Shown: in pieces, positions 29,495-43,840 of the stretch
Layout: each line of letters opens with the position of its first letter
Numbering within the stretch: position 1 is the first letter of the stretch
NCBI GenBank assembly: GCA_951406725.2
Contig: OX597821.1
Coordinates: forward strand, 56,172,001-56,236,000
Direction: 5' to 3'
Source: Octopus vulgaris
Taxonomy: Eukaryota
DNA length: 64,000 bases
Made by a program: the position numbers and the translations under genes
The notes under the pieces: generated by a model
What the model was told of the DNA's origin: nothing
The model's database searches: none
Seen by the model: only the letters and a program-made list of their open reading frames with translations

Positions 29495-29611
29495 GTATGT
29501 ATGAATGAGTTTATGTATATATCTGCCTGTGTGTGTGTATGAATGAGTTTATGTATATATCTGCCTGTGTGTGTGTATGAATGAGTTTATGTATATATCT
29601 GCCTGTGTGTA
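29495..29611. repeat. 36-bp minisatellite, about 3 copies
   Basis: Unit gtgtgtatgaatgagtttatgtatatatctgcctgt. Confidence 0.9.
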
Positions 29612-29624
29612 TGCATATCATATA

Positions 29625-30133
29625 TGTAGATCCGGTTGCCTGCTTACAATATTCCCTTCGTAATCTTGAGGCTGTCGAAACAGATACCGAACGGCATCCT
29701 ATCTGATGCACTAACTAATTCCAGCTGGATTTGGACTCAGAGCACAGTATGTCAGAACATGGAGTGTAACCATTTGGTTGCATTACTCATCAAAGTTGAG
29801 AAATGCCAACGTTCTAACCCGCGTACAAGTTTTCTTTGCATACATATGTACATACATACATGTATGCATGCATGAATGCATGTATGTATACATACATGAA
29901 TACATAACTACATAAATACATACCCACATACATGCATACACACATACATGCAAGCATGGATACATATATACATACAAACATCCATGCGTACATACATATA
30001 TACATACATGCCTACTGCCTACTAATAACTTCCACTTCAGTAGTGACATTGAAGAGGTCTTTGTTAAACGGAGGTAGGAGATAAGAAGAATCTTGACGGT
30101 ATTTGAGTGCTGCATTGAGTCACTTGAACCTTG

Positions 30134-30178
<45 letters not shown>

Positions 30179-32530
30179 TCATACTCACTCACACACACAC
30201 ATTCACAGACACACACATATATTGGTTGGATATTGTTTTAGTCTTGTCCCTGAAAACTCATACGTCGTGTGTGTGCATATATATATATGTATATGCACAC
30301 AAAAAAAACAAGAATGAGCAACACTCTCACATTACTGTTACTAAAATTCATCAATGTTTACGATTCATCCTGTTTAGAAGATTTTGTTAGTACAGAACCA
30401 AATTATGTGGAAGCATCAACTGCTTTTACAGCTTTGCCTTTAACAAACAGGCTGACCAAAATTTTCAGATTGTTAGCAGAACAACAGTTCTGTCTATTTT
30501 ATGCTGATAGTTAAGTCAAAAGATCTGGCTGCTGCTACAAATCTATATATGAAGTGCTGGATGTCCTCTAGTGTATGAGCAATCGTCTGCAAACCGCAAA
30601 TCTCTTATTGTCTTAGATGCAACTTTAGTCCTTCCTTTGAAACACTGTTGGTTGAAGATGTCACTCATTTTCCTATTTTCAAGAAACACCCTATCTTCTA
30701 CATAGGGAAAAGCACAATTGGTACATTTCGGTTATCTCAACCCCATTAAAATATTTCCTGTTTATGTGGCGACAAGAGAATGAATTAAAAGGGTTAGATC
30801 ATTTTGATTTAGTACTTCAAAACATTGTTGACTTCTGGCCTCCTCAATAAGCATGGTATGATTTGTTATAAAATGTTATTAGATTCAATAAGATGTTTAA
30901 TTTTTTCTGCTTTGTATGATTTGTTACAAAAATTATTACCAGATTCAATAAAATGTTTAATCTTTTTGCTTTTCGTGTTTATAATTTTTTCTTTTATTTT
31001 GTTTGTTTTATTGGGGGTTAGACAAGACTTTTGTAGTTGGGTGAGATCACCAAAAAGTACCGCACAATTCAGCATAACTATAAAAGAAATAGTGCAAAAA
31101 ATACTGGTACCAGAACACAATTTTTTTTGTACCATTTTTATCATATAAAGGCTGAGATTGACAGCAATTTGAGAGAACGGATGCTTTCATATATTTATGT
31201 AAGAACACATTTAGCGTTTGATCGGGAATCATGAGTATTGGTAGTGCTTTCCAAAAATCCTGCCGACATACAAAGTCAAAGGATTTTGTAAGGCCAGCAG
31301 TATTATACTCCAGAGCCTTCTCTTTATCTTGTCGCAAGCTGAATAGCCACTGTAACTCGACCTGACCTAAACCCACACTGACTCTCTAGATAGACAGAGG
31401 TGACTAAGCCAGTGTTAATACTTTAGATTATTCCGTTTAATTCCGTTTAAGATTACTTTTTCCTGCAATAGAAAGCAGCGATAAGCCATGATGATTATCA
31501 CATTCACATCCATTACATTTATACTCATATAGACGAACAAACGTTACATGTTTAAATTCTTGAGGAAGAGTTATTTTTCGGAGTTTATTTTGAACAGAGC
31601 TTTTAGTAGACTTGTAAAGCTTTTTCGTTCTAGCAGTAATCTTATTTGTAATCTATTTTTTGTGAAGACTGTATATTTCTTGAAGCAGTTCATATATAAA
31701 CCAAGGACTCTGGACAAATAGTATCTCTATGTTGACTCTATGATTCTTCTAAATTTTCCGTGATTTTAACATTATGTAATTTTGCATCAAGTGTTTGAGC
31801 GAGAATATACCTGTTATCTTGTTTGAGTTTTGAAATATCACGTCTCCTTATAAGTTTTTTACGAAATTATTTTATGACCAGCTTTGTTCTCATTTTTATT
31901 TTACTGCAAACGATAACATGGTAAGAACAGCATTCTACCTTATGGAGAAAACAAAACGTATTAACATTGGGTGATATCAAGTTATTCTGTTTTCATTGGA
32001 CTGTTGAAAAACTGTATTGGTGACAGAAAGTCCAAACTCACTGCTCAAAGATAGTAGGGATCCATTTGAGTTCATTTTATCTGGAACATGCTTACCAAGA
32101 ATATTTGGCCAAGAGTGGTATCTGATCCAACATGTGCATTAAAATCATTTAAAAGAAAAAAAATGTATTTTGATTGAGAAATCATTTCAGTAATATTCGT
32201 AAATCGGAATTAAGTTAATCTTTAGATGCATCCCAGAACTAGAAGTTGGTGTGTATGAACTTATGAGTGTAGCATATTTTTGTAGGTCAATTGGGATTTG
32301 TAATAACATAGGACCGTCCTTAATTCCATTTCGCAAGGATTCTATTTTATGTACAATTTCATTATTAATAGCCAAACTCACACCAGATTCCATTTTTCTT
32401 CTCAGATTTACCGTTCCACAAGAAGGTGTACTCGCTAATTATTTCATTCAGCTGATCAGAATCTGGTAACCTTATCTCCAAACGACCAGCAATGGTTTTG
32501 CGCTCCGGATGCTTTTTCTGTGTGTTCCAA
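29625..32530 (-). mobile_element. Decayed RTE (BovB-like) LINE
   Basis: APE motif GVSLAINN..YATLISSYTPT (32187-32393); RT motif ESQCGFRSGR..FSLRQ..LTKSFD (31230-31390); C-terminal remnants near 29630-29830. Confidence 0.85.
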
Positions 32531-33050
32531 GCTGCTATACTCATATAATTTTAAAAATATATTAAAAGGAATATCAATAATATATAAGATAAATATAGAA
32601 AAGCACACCTATATACACATGTATGTATATAAAATATAAAATTTTAAAATATAATCAAAATAAAAATGTATATACACTATAGAGAAATATGCACACACTT
32701 TTCGATGGCCATTGGCTACTCATTAGTTCTTCCGCCCTTTAATGTGTTCTATATTTTGTCGTGCAGGGTATCCAACAACTGCTCTCCTCGTCAAGAAAGT
32801 TTATGAGGTGGCCAGTCTAGTCACCGAAGACCTAGCCATTAAACAGGTAGTGTCTATGTTTTTAACTGTATATATATTTGTCGTTAACTGTATGTATATT
32901 TGTTGTTATCTCTGCTTATAGTGTGCGTATAGGTATGCGTTTATGTTTAAATGTTTGTATAGTTATAGATGTTTTGACGCATGTATATAGGTGTACGTTA
33001 ATGTATGTATGTCTTTGCGGGTATACACAGACACGCGCACATATACAAAT

Positions 33051-33112
<62 letters not shown>

Positions 33113-33347
33113 CAATATCACCTCATTATCTCCCCCATCTCTATCTATATATACACACACACACACATGCAGTTATCTGTAATTTGTTTTTCTAATTTAT
33201 CCCTATCCCTCTTCTCTCACCCCCACACTTTTGGCTTCAGCCTGATAATTTTAAATGGTCAATCTGGGTAAGATCCTTACGTATGTATGTATGTATGTAT
33301 GTATGTATGTATGTATGTATGTATGTATGTATCTATGTATGTACGTG

Positions 33348-33412
<65 letters not shown>

Positions 33413-33465
33413 TGAGACAGAGAGTGAAAGAGAGAGTGATAAATAGATAGATATTCATATATATA

Positions 33466-33690
33466 TGGCCTAGTGGTTAGGGCAGCGGACTTGCGGTCGG
33501 AGGATCGCGGTTTCGATTCCCAGACCGGGCGTTGTGTGTGTTTATTGAGCGAAAACACCCAAAAGCTCCACGAGGCTCCGGCAGGAGGTGGTGATCCCTG
33601 CTGTACTCTTTCACCACTCTAAAAGGCGGTGCTCCAGCATGGCCGCAGTCAAATGAATGAAACAAGTACAGAAAAAAAAAAAAAAAAAAA
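33466..33690 (+). mobile_element. Chimeric SINE: family B head plus family A tail and poly(A)
   Basis: 33466-33617 matches the head of the 37181 element; 33621-33670 matches the tail of the 7541 family. Confidence 0.88.
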
Positions 33691-36163
33691 TATGTTACAT
33701 CAAAATATTATTAATGAATACGGGAACAAGCGTTATGCTTGTATCTAACGTCAGATCACAACCTAGATTCACGTTCATTTGACCTGCTAAAGCAAGTTCT
33801 GTACATCGGAAATGCATGGCTATCACCACTTTCACAATGAAAGATTAATTACTTGGTAACAACAAAAATATCAATAATAAAAAAATTAGAGAGCATCATT
33901 CTTAAAAAATAAAAACACTTTTCATAGCATCTGAAAGCTCTTTTCTCAGACTATTTTGATCTCAATTATAAAGACAACATTTCTTGTCGTCTCTTTTCAC
34001 TTAATTTGGCTCTACAACGCCGACGTTTTCCATATTCATTCTTATTTCTTATTCGTGTATAAGGAGATGAGAATTAGTGAGCCTCATGCAATTGTACAAA
34101 TAACCAAGCACAGCAATTATGATTGATCAAAAGTGAGAGCAAAATCTTATCCACGAAAGCATTGGAATCCACATGGTGGGATTAATACCCATTTCCAATT
34201 CATTGCTATTTCGTATAAAAATCACGAATGTAGTTTGCTGAGAGCTTAGTTGTATGTCACCAGAATGACATGCTTTGAATAATGACATCAGATAATTTCA
34301 AATTTTGCACTACTTGTAGTAATTTTCTAATTTCTGCAAATTTATGAGTGTTTTAGAATGACGAGAAAGAAAAAAAAAAAGAATCAATACAGGATTTGTA
34401 TGTTTAATTCATACTGCAAATAGTTTGCTGAATGAACAGAAGTGTAAGCTAGCAATCTTGATTGAAGAATGTTTTCTTCTATGAGACCCAAGATTACACA
34501 TTTATGTAATGCATTCCAACTCAAGCCTAATTTTACTGGTTGTATTACATAACGTTTTATGTGAAAAATTCTTGCTTTATCCTATCCTATCCTGTCCTAT
34601 GTATGCATGCATGTGTCGATCTCTCTCTCTCTCTCTCTCTCTTTTTATCTATCTATCTATATACTCACACGCATATATAATCATAGTTTTTGTGCATGCC
34701 ACTTTCCAAAGTTTCATAAATTGATAAGTGCATGTATGAAACTTTAGTTCTTTGAGTAAACTGTGTAGTTTTACAGTTATTAAATACAGATGGAATGCTC
34801 TGCTAAGCGCATTGGTTTCACAATTTTGTGTATCACCAATTTGCTCTCTCTTCTTCTCATATATTTACACAATACACATGCATATATTAATCATAACTAT
34901 TAGTGCCTATTCTCAGTTTACTCTTATACGTTAACCAATGCTGCATAAGTAATGAATCTCAGCTTTGTACAATTAATTATTTTAAATAGAAGCGTGCAAG
35001 AACTGCACACCAGCGAACATCAGTAACATTGTTGCAAGCGACGAGCACATCATGTTGAAAGATAATAGAAATGATGTGTTATGACTGAACAATACATATT
35101 TAGCCTAAGCAGTCTAGAAGTAGTAAAATGTGAACTTTCATATTTTACGTTACAATGTAGAGGTTATTAAGAGTCATTAGTAGATTCTGATGAAAAAGCG
35201 TTCTTTGAAAATATCCATTAAAATCTTGTGACCTACAATATTACTGATGTTTCATACGCCTACTCTATTTATATATTCTAATGAAATTATATCTCTCTGT
35301 CATTACATATTTACATTATTAACAAAGATGAAATCTTTTCAAAATTATCATTTGCTTTGCTCATTCTAGATAACCTAACATCAATGGAATTTCTGTAGTA
35401 ATTGGTAATTTATAATACTGCATATATGTACCCCAGAGAATAATTAAAGCAATCCATGGGGCTTACATATTCAACGTGTCAGTGATGTTCTTATATATAA
35501 TGCATCAGAAGCAACCAGAGCTCATTAGTGTTACACATTAACTTACTAGCTGAAGAACGAACATCGAGCATTTCTTTCTAGCTTTGTTCGTCTCGTATTT
35601 TGATCTTGTTATTTCCTATATCTTGCTAAGTTGTGTATGTCATTAAATATACGATTGCCTAACTTGATAATACTTCACTGCAGTTACCTTCTCAGAATCC
35701 TGTTTTCTCTTATGTCCTTTTAGTCACCCTAAAGCAGTTTGTTTAAAAGTATTTATAAGAATCTGTACTGCGGTTGATACTTTCGAACAAAAATTCTTTA
35801 TAGATATTTATGTAGCTAACTGAAGTGATTTCTAAACACCAATGACAGTGTAAGGATACAACTTGAAAACAGTATCCTCTTATTATGGACTAACTGAAAG
35901 TAATCCTTTGACAAACGTGACTTCAAAATAGACTCTGAACTCAAACCTGCAATTTAACAAAGTACAATTCACTTACTGCTTGCAGTAATAAACTGTATAA
36001 GTAGCTCTATTTACAACTACAGGTAATGAATCACTGCGTACATTTACGTGACAGAGTAAAGCCTGCCGACATGATACGAACTGTTAACAGTTCCGTTCGT
36101 AAGTCTACATCTATCACTTATCAAGGAGATAAGGCGTTGTGTGTAAATTGGGAAGTGTCAATA

Positions 36164-36200
<37 letters not shown>

Positions 36201-37180
36201 AGAACGCTACTAATATTGATTTCAAATTTTGGCAGAAGACCAGCAATTTCGCGGAAGGAAATAAGTTGATTACATCGATCCCAATGATTAACTAGGACTT
36301 ATTTTTCTCCGACCCCGAAAAGATGAGAGAAAGTTGAAGTTGACCTCAGCAGCGTTTGAACTCAGAACGTAAAGACGGACGAAATGTTGGGAAGCATTTT
36401 GCCTAGCGTGGTAACGATTCCGCTGGCTTGCCGCCTCAAACACAACTACTCTTAAATAAGAGCGCTATCGTATAAACACAGATTAGATTTATATTCAGAA
36501 GTCAGAAGTTATTATATTTGATTTATATTTAGTTTTAGTTAATATAGTACGTACATTTGTTTATTTATCTTATTGATTATCCTTTCAGTTTGATTTAATT
36601 TTGCATGATCATTTTTCTTTTTTGGTTTTGGTTTTTGTTTTCACTTTGTTTAATATGAAAATCTTGCAATGTAAACAGTATATTTTATACGTTGGGAAAA
36701 TATCTAAGATTCAGTTTTTGATAAGAATAAATAATAGGCAAATTTTCATTTTCTTTTATAATAATTTTTCAATATTTTGTGAAATGGTATAAAAAGAATC
36801 AAATATATATCAATATATCTGGTAAAGGTAGTTAAGGTATACTGCATAAGATTTACTAAAGAATTCTTGGCGTTCGAAACTTTTGAAACCATGTGACTTA
36901 AAGGTTACTTTTTCTTATTTTTGTTCAGCTAAGTCTGTGAGACTCAATTATTCTCGCTTAAAGATATATTGAAAATAAAATCAAATCATTCACATAACTT
37001 TAAAATCAATTCGTTTAATCCAGAAGCAAATTTTGGTGAATGGTTCATGTGTAATTCATTCTAAGCAGGTATTTATTTCATCGGTGCCAGATATTTAGAA
37101 ATAAAGTCGATATCACTGGAAATTGAATTTTAGATAGTAAGGAAACGCGACTAGGAAATGCAATCTGCATGATGTAATAT

Positions 37181-37570
37181 TATAGGGGAAGCACTCCGTC
37201 GGTTACGACGACGAGGGTTCCGGTTGATCCGAATCAACGGAACAGCCTGCTCGTGAAATTAACGTGTAAGTGGCTGAGCTCTCCACAGACACGTGTACCC
37301 TTAACGTAGTTCTCGGGGATATTCAGCGTGACACAAAGAGTGACAAGGCCGGCTCTTTGAAATACAGGTACAACAGAAACAGGAAGTAAGAGTGAGAGAA
37401 ATTTGTGGTGAAAGAGTACAGCAGGGATCACCACAATCCCCTGCCGGAGTCTCGTGGAGTTTTAGGTGTTTTCGCTCAATAAACACTCACAACGCCCGGT
37501 CTGGGAATCGAAACCGCGATCCTATGACCACGAGTCCGCTGCTTTAACCACTGGGCCACTGCACCTCCAC
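37181..37570 (-). mobile_element. Full-length tRNA-derived SINE (family B)
   Basis: A box tggcccagtgg, B box gtttcgattcc; 8-bp TSD tgtaatat at 37173 and 37571. Confidence 0.9.
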
Positions 37571-38529
37571 TGTAATATAAAACTGAATGTGTCGGCTATA
37601 ACCAATGTCCTAACAATTGGCCGTGGTAGGTGATGCTTAAAATTCATTAAGTTGCTCAATTCCTATCGTAAACTCGGACAGGGAGTCACACAACCAGATT
37701 TTTTATGCTCACTAAGATTTAAAGTCTGTGTGTATGTGTGTATTTGTGCGCGCGAGCCCGTTAATGCCGTATTGTAGATGACATACCTGCAGCCCCGAGG
37801 CACTATGTTGACTAGCCTGATTTGATGAGGTTGCTGCAATTTTCTTGACCTCGTTAACCATTTTGTGATGCGCATGTATGTGATAACTTCTTTTATGCGC
37901 TATAAGGAGTATAGATGCTTATCACTTATTGTTGGAAGTCTTTACGGAAAATGTCTTTACAGCAAAAAGAAAAACATAGTCTACTATATAGTGCTTAGTA
38001 TAAATATATATTCAGTGTGTTTGTATGAGTGCAGCGAGAGAGAGAGAGAGAGAGAGAGAGGTTGGGAGAGACAGCAACAAAGACAGAGACAGGGAGGCAT
38101 AGAGACAGAGAGAAAGAGAAGGAGGCGAAGCAAGCAATTGAGTATCTGAAAATCATGGGAGAATGAGCTGCTTGAATTGTTGCGTACAAAGTACAAACGT
38201 AAGAGTGATTTTCAAATTCTTTATAAGAAATGAAACGCGCGGCTATTACGTGCTAACAAAGATCAGAATTTCCTCATAAGTTGTAAATTATCTTTTCTGA
38301 TATTAAGTTTTCTTTTTTTTATTTCCTCTCCTCTTTTCATTGAGACACGCCATCAGTTGCCATATTATCTACATTCTGCATCATATTTATGTGTATGTCT
38401 TTAGGTCTGTGTTTGTTCCGCCCTCCCCATCACTCGACAATCGCTGTCGGTGTGTTTACGTCCCTGTAACTTAGCAGTTCGGCAAAAGAACCCGATGGAA
38501 TAAGCACCAGACTTCAAAGAAACTAGTAC

Positions 38530-38729
38530 TGTGGTTGAAACAGTACTATATATAAGAGATGAAGAATTATGTAAAACGTTTCGTCTGATATACCCCCCCC
38601 CCCCCAGCTGATATACCCTTCCAGGATATTTCGAACCCGGGTTCTCATTCCTAAGGTATTTTTCGTTGTTGTTGTTGTTATTGTTGTTGTTGTTGTTGTT
38701 GTTGTTCTTCTTCTTCTTCTTCTTCTTCT

Positions 38730-38776
<47 letters not shown>

Positions 38777-38782
38777 TTCTTC

Positions 38783-38863
<81 letters not shown>

Positions 38864-38910
38864 TCACTGCCTGGAATCGAAATTGAAATCTTGGGGTTCG
38901 AAGCCGCGCA
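38530..38910 (-). mobile_element. tRNA-headed element with (AAT)n(AAG)n(AAC)n core and hammerhead-remnant tail
   Basis: B-box-like tttcgattcc near 38880; compound trinucleotide array 38665-38858; ctg..cagac-GAAACGTT at 38575-38610. Confidence 0.55.
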
Positions 38911-39426
38911 GTATATACGCATACTAGATCATCTATAATATACATATATACACCAAAATACACAGATGCATGTACATAGTTATATACATATTTAGACATA
39001 CATATGTAAGACATAAATATATTCACAAATACACACATATAGATATATGTATACATACATGCAAGCGTACAAAACCTCTTAGTGTATACACATACAGGAG
39101 GGTTATTACAGACGAGAGAAATAGGAAGTGTACCTTAAGGGTAGGAAGGAGGGAGAGAAAAAGGAAAAGAAAAAGAAACAGAGACGTAAAACCTAGCGAG
39201 CGAAAGCGAAATGGGGAAACAGAAGAAAGAAGAAAAGGAGAAAAAAAGAAAAGAAATTTGTTAAGGGCGCTAGCAACGTATCCAGGAGAAAGAGGAAAGA
39301 TACTTTAAGTAAGAAAAGAAAAGAAATGCTGAGTCCATGTAATTTTATTTTATGTGTACGTTCGTTACACATATTTCGTCATCTTTCTCTGTATGTATGT
39401 GTAAATATGTATGTATAAATATGTAT

Positions 39427-39830
39427 CTCTTTTACTCTTTACTCTTTTACTTGTTTCAGTCATTTGACTGCGGCCATGCTCGAGCACCGCCTTTAATCGA
39501 GCAACTCGACCCCGGAACTTATTATTTTGTAAGCCCAGTACTTATTCTATCCGTCTCCTTTTGCCGAACCGCTAAGTAACGGGGACATAAACACACCAGC
39601 ATCGGTTGTCAATCAATGCTAGGGGGACAAACACAAACACACAAATATACACACGCATGTATGTATATATATACATATATACGACAGGCTTCTTTCAGTT
39701 TCCGTCTACCAAATCCACTCACAAGGCTTTGGTCGGCCCGAGGCTATAGTAGAAGACATTTGCCACACAGTGGGACTGAACCCGGAACCATGTGGTTGGT
39801 AAACAAGCTACTTACCACACAGCCACTCCT
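39427..39830 (-). mobile_element. SINE family A
   Basis: Matches 7541-7947; 18-bp TSD gtatgtRtaaatatgtat. Confidence 0.92.
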
Positions 39831-40207
39831 GTATGTGTAAATATGTATATAACTATGTACATACGTTTGTGTATTTTGTTGTATATATGTATATTATAGA
39901 TGTCTAGTATGCGTATATACTGCTGAAAAAATATTTATGTAATACAGTTTGAAAATTTTAAATTTTAATTTTAATGTATTGACTTATATTTCGTATATGA
40001 TTATTTACCATATGTATTGGGAATCTACTCTTCGATTCAAGGTTTTCTTCGATTTTACAATAGAATGAATTTATACTGAATTTATTTTGTTTATTGCATG
40101 CTTAAAACCGTTAGTTGAAAGGACCAATGAAACAAAACCATTTTCAAAGGTGTATCCTTTAAACTTTTTTTTTTTTTTTTATATCGTCATTTCTGTTCCA
40201 TTCTAAC

Positions 40208-40252
40208 AAACTGTCCGACGAACGGGAACGTGAAACTCTGAATAACAGCTTT
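40208..40252 (+). ncRNA. Minimal hammerhead, U4C variant
   Basis: aaactgt-CCGACGA-acg GGAA cgt-GAAA-ctctgaa-TA-acag. Confidence 0.68.
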
Positions 40253-40293
40253 TCTGATATTTCTGCTGCTTTTAAATGAAGTATATATTTATA

Positions 40294-40709
40294 CACTCTT
40301 TCACTTGTTTCAATCATCTGACTGTGGCCATGCTGGAGCACCGCCTTTAGTCGAGCAAATCGACCCCAGAACTTATTCTTTGTAAGCCTAGTACTTATTC
40401 TATCGGTCTCTTTTGCCGAACTGCTAAGTTACGGAGATATAAACACACCAGCATCGGTTGTCAAGCGATGTTGGTGGGGGACAAACACAGACACAGAAAC
40501 ATATACACACACATACATATATACATATATATACATACATATATACGACGGGCTTCTTCCACTTTCCATCTAACAAATCCACTCACAAGGATTTGGTCGG
40601 CCTGAGGCATTAGTAGAAGACACTTGCCCAAGGTGCCACGCAGAGGGACTGAACCTGGAACCATATGGTTTGTAAGCAAGCTACTTACCACACAACCACT
40701 CCTACGCCT
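40294..40709 (-). mobile_element. SINE family A
   Basis: Matches the 7541 and 39427 copies along its length. Confidence 0.92.
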
Positions 40710-40727
40710 ATATATATATATATATAT

Positions 40728-40802
<75 letters not shown>

Positions 40803-41639
40803 TATATACATACATACGCATACTATGAGTGTGTGTGTGTAAAGAGATATGGGGGGGGGGAAGGAAGAGAAAGAAAGACAATACATAGACCAGAGAGATA
40901 GTTGTTGTTTCCAATTTTTCTCTATCTATAAATATATTTGCGTGTACATAAAATCGGGAGAAGATGCACACGCAGACGCGCGCGCACACACGTATAAAAT
41001 ACATATAAAAATGATCGTGTGTACGTGCGTGTGTATGTGTATGTGTGTGTGTGTGTATCTGACTGTGTGTCTGTCTCTCTGTCGGTTTTGTTACGGATTT
41101 TGTTAGACAGTCAAATTGATTTTTATCTTAGATGTCTTTAAAAAGAAATTGCAATGCGAGCTTTTTTTTCATTTTCATGTTTGCAGAGCTGTAGAAAATA
41201 ACACCGTTTTGAAAATCCTGTGTCTTTTTTTGAAGCGTTTGACAACAGGTGGCAAATGAAATAGAGTAAAAAGTGTTATATTGAGAAATAAAATGAAGTA
41301 TTTACGCAACAAATTTTATGACAACTATTCCTGTGAGGATAGCACTTCTGTTATATTTTGGAAAAATAGTCGGAATATAAATCTGTTCTCTAATAGACTC
41401 CACTGATGCTAGTATTTTCCTTGCATTTACAAACAGTGAAGCAACCCTTGTGTTAAATTTCACAAACTGATAAACTCAAATACAAAGGAGTAAACTCTCT
41501 TGAGGTAGAACGGAACTGTAACCGAAAGACAAAAGTTAAAATTGGTTGTTGTTGTTTTTTTACTTTTGCTTTTACTCAATGTTTGGTGTTAACTATATAG
41601 ATATCTAGCAAACTTGCCACAAACATGGTCAACAATAAA

Positions 41640-42410
41640 TATGAAATCTTTTGAAATAATCACGAGATCGTCGCCAGGGCGGGAGACTGGACTGATCTTC
41701 AATCGGATCTGCTCGTTGTTATCCGATGACAAGGAAAATACAATATGCAGCTAGACGAAAATATATTTCAGTGTTTACCACCGTAAAGGAGCTGCACTTA
41801 AGCTATCAAACGCTCTTCTCTCCTGCGAAGACCGCGTGGTATCAAACACCGTTAGACATCTTGGGGTAACTGCCGACAACAATTTAAGCTGGAATGTCCA
41901 CACAAAGAACAAAATCGACGTGGCTCTCACGGTGTTCTCCTGGATCTTCAGGACCTTTCGATCAGGTGAAACTCTTACCAGTATCCTTCTCTTCTCCACC
42001 CTCGCTCGTCCAGACCGTGAATACTGCTCGTCGCTTTGGTTTCCCTACGCGAAGCAAAATATCATAAAAATTGAAGCAGCCCAGAGATCAACTACAAGAT
42101 AATAGACATGAGAGGCCTTGAGAGTTGGGATCGTCAAACTTTATTACCACCAACGACGGTGTATAATTTGTGTGGTGTGGATAATATTCCAACAGCATTT
42201 CGCAAATAAAGCTTGTATGAACATTAAATTTAGCAAATGCTCTCTCCCCATGTCTCCTGTCCTGTACAAAAATCATGGTAGCGTCATATCACAACACTTA
42301 AGACAAAAGTATTTTTACCTCAACTGGCTCTGCTCTCTTTATCATCATGCCAAAACACACAAGAAATATATAATATCTCTTAACATTTAAGCAGTTCCTG
42401 GAAACTTTCC
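41640..42410 (+). mobile_element. Decayed CR1/L2-group LINE RT C-terminus
   Basis: RHLGVTADNNLSWNVH..WIFRTF..LARPDREYCSSLWFPY..KIEAAQR. Confidence 0.88.
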
Positions 42411-42576
42411 ATGTGATGGTAGATACGCTGCTTCTGACGATTTTAATGCAGCAGAGGTTTAAATTTTATTAAACTCTTTAAAAGTACGACAAAAGCACTT
42501 ACGTATTTTCACCTGCAGAAACTATTTCTGAATGCCAAAGGTAAAGAGGAATATATGATAAGCACACATTCTTCAT

Positions 42577-42681
<105 letters not shown>

Positions 42682-42717
42682 AGTGAGTGATATATATATA
42701 TCACTTTCTCACTCTTT

Positions 42718-42804
<87 letters not shown>

Positions 42805-42860
42805 CATCCATCTATATATCTAACTATCTATCTCTATTTCTCTGTCTGTCTGTCTCTCTC

Positions 42861-42911
<51 letters not shown>

Positions 42912-43269
42912 TATTAACTCACAAATGGCGTCCAATTTAGCGACAGATGTTTTGCTAGAGCTTTATTCAATATTATCATAAAAGATTACATATTATACAT
43001 TCTACCTTCTTCAGGCATATTTTAAACTGTATGTATGTATGTTTCATAAGTCGTTGTCATAGCAACAGTGATTGACATTTACAATTCGAATATACCGGAA
43101 CGTATTAAGAATAGATATGTATGTAAGTCATCGTATATAATTTTATATAGCACGAAATGATTTTGGTGACTACTTTTGTGGTTAATTATTTATAACTATA
43201 GAGTGTCAATAAGAAAGTTCGAATCATAATTGAAACACATCAATTAAAATATCACCAATAATTATTTTT

Positions 43270-43840
43270 AATTAGACGTAAGGCCAGCAATTTCGAAGGG
43301 AAATAAGTCGACACGAGTGATACCAGTACTTAATTATTTAATTTTATCAATCCCGAAAGGATGAAAGACGTAGTTGACTTCATCAGGATTTCAACCCAGA
43401 ACGTGAAGAGCCGGTAAAAATGCCGCTAGTCTTTCTGTCTAACACGCTACCAATTTTGGCAGCTCGTCACATTAAATATTAATAATGATTTCAAAATTTG
43501 ACTCAATCCAGTGATTTCGAGAAAGGAGTACGTATTTTATCGACCACAAAAGGATGAGAAGTAAATTCGGCTTCAGCGGCATTTGAGTTCAGTACGTAAA
43601 GACAAACGAAATGCCGCTTAGCATTCTGCCCAGCGAGCTAATGAGTCTTCCAGTAAGCCGCCTTAAGAAGAGTTTCAAATTTTGGCACAAAAAAATCGAT
43701 TAAATTGACGCAAGTGTTTAACTGATACCTATGTTATCGACCCTGAAGGGATGAAAGCAAAGTCGACCTCTGCGAAATTTGAATTCAGAATGTTAAGCCG
43801 GAATAAACGCTGTTAAGCATTTTGTCCGCCGTGACAACAT
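43270..43840 (-). mobile_element. Three tandem decayed family C SINE copies
   Basis: ggatgaaa..ga(c)..gattt/gaatt..cagaacgt motif recurs at ~43360, ~43552 and ~43750. Confidence 0.72.

Larger units (their letters stand above)
38908..40293 (+). mobile_element. PLE-derived element related to the 22178 element
   Basis: Inverted arms 38908-39001 and 39831-39923; 40185-40293 aligns with 23530-23640 including the hammerhead. Confidence 0.7.

Noticed and set aside
29495-29611. CRISPR-like 36-bp repeat
   Set aside because: Head-to-tail minisatellite with no spacers, in eukaryotic DNA
33466-33535. tRNA gene
   Set aside because: SINE head without a complete cloverleaf; continues into the SINE body
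35183-35222. CTGATGA-aaag/cttt-GAAA hammerhead-like string
   Set aside because: Stem I does not pair and there is no repeat context
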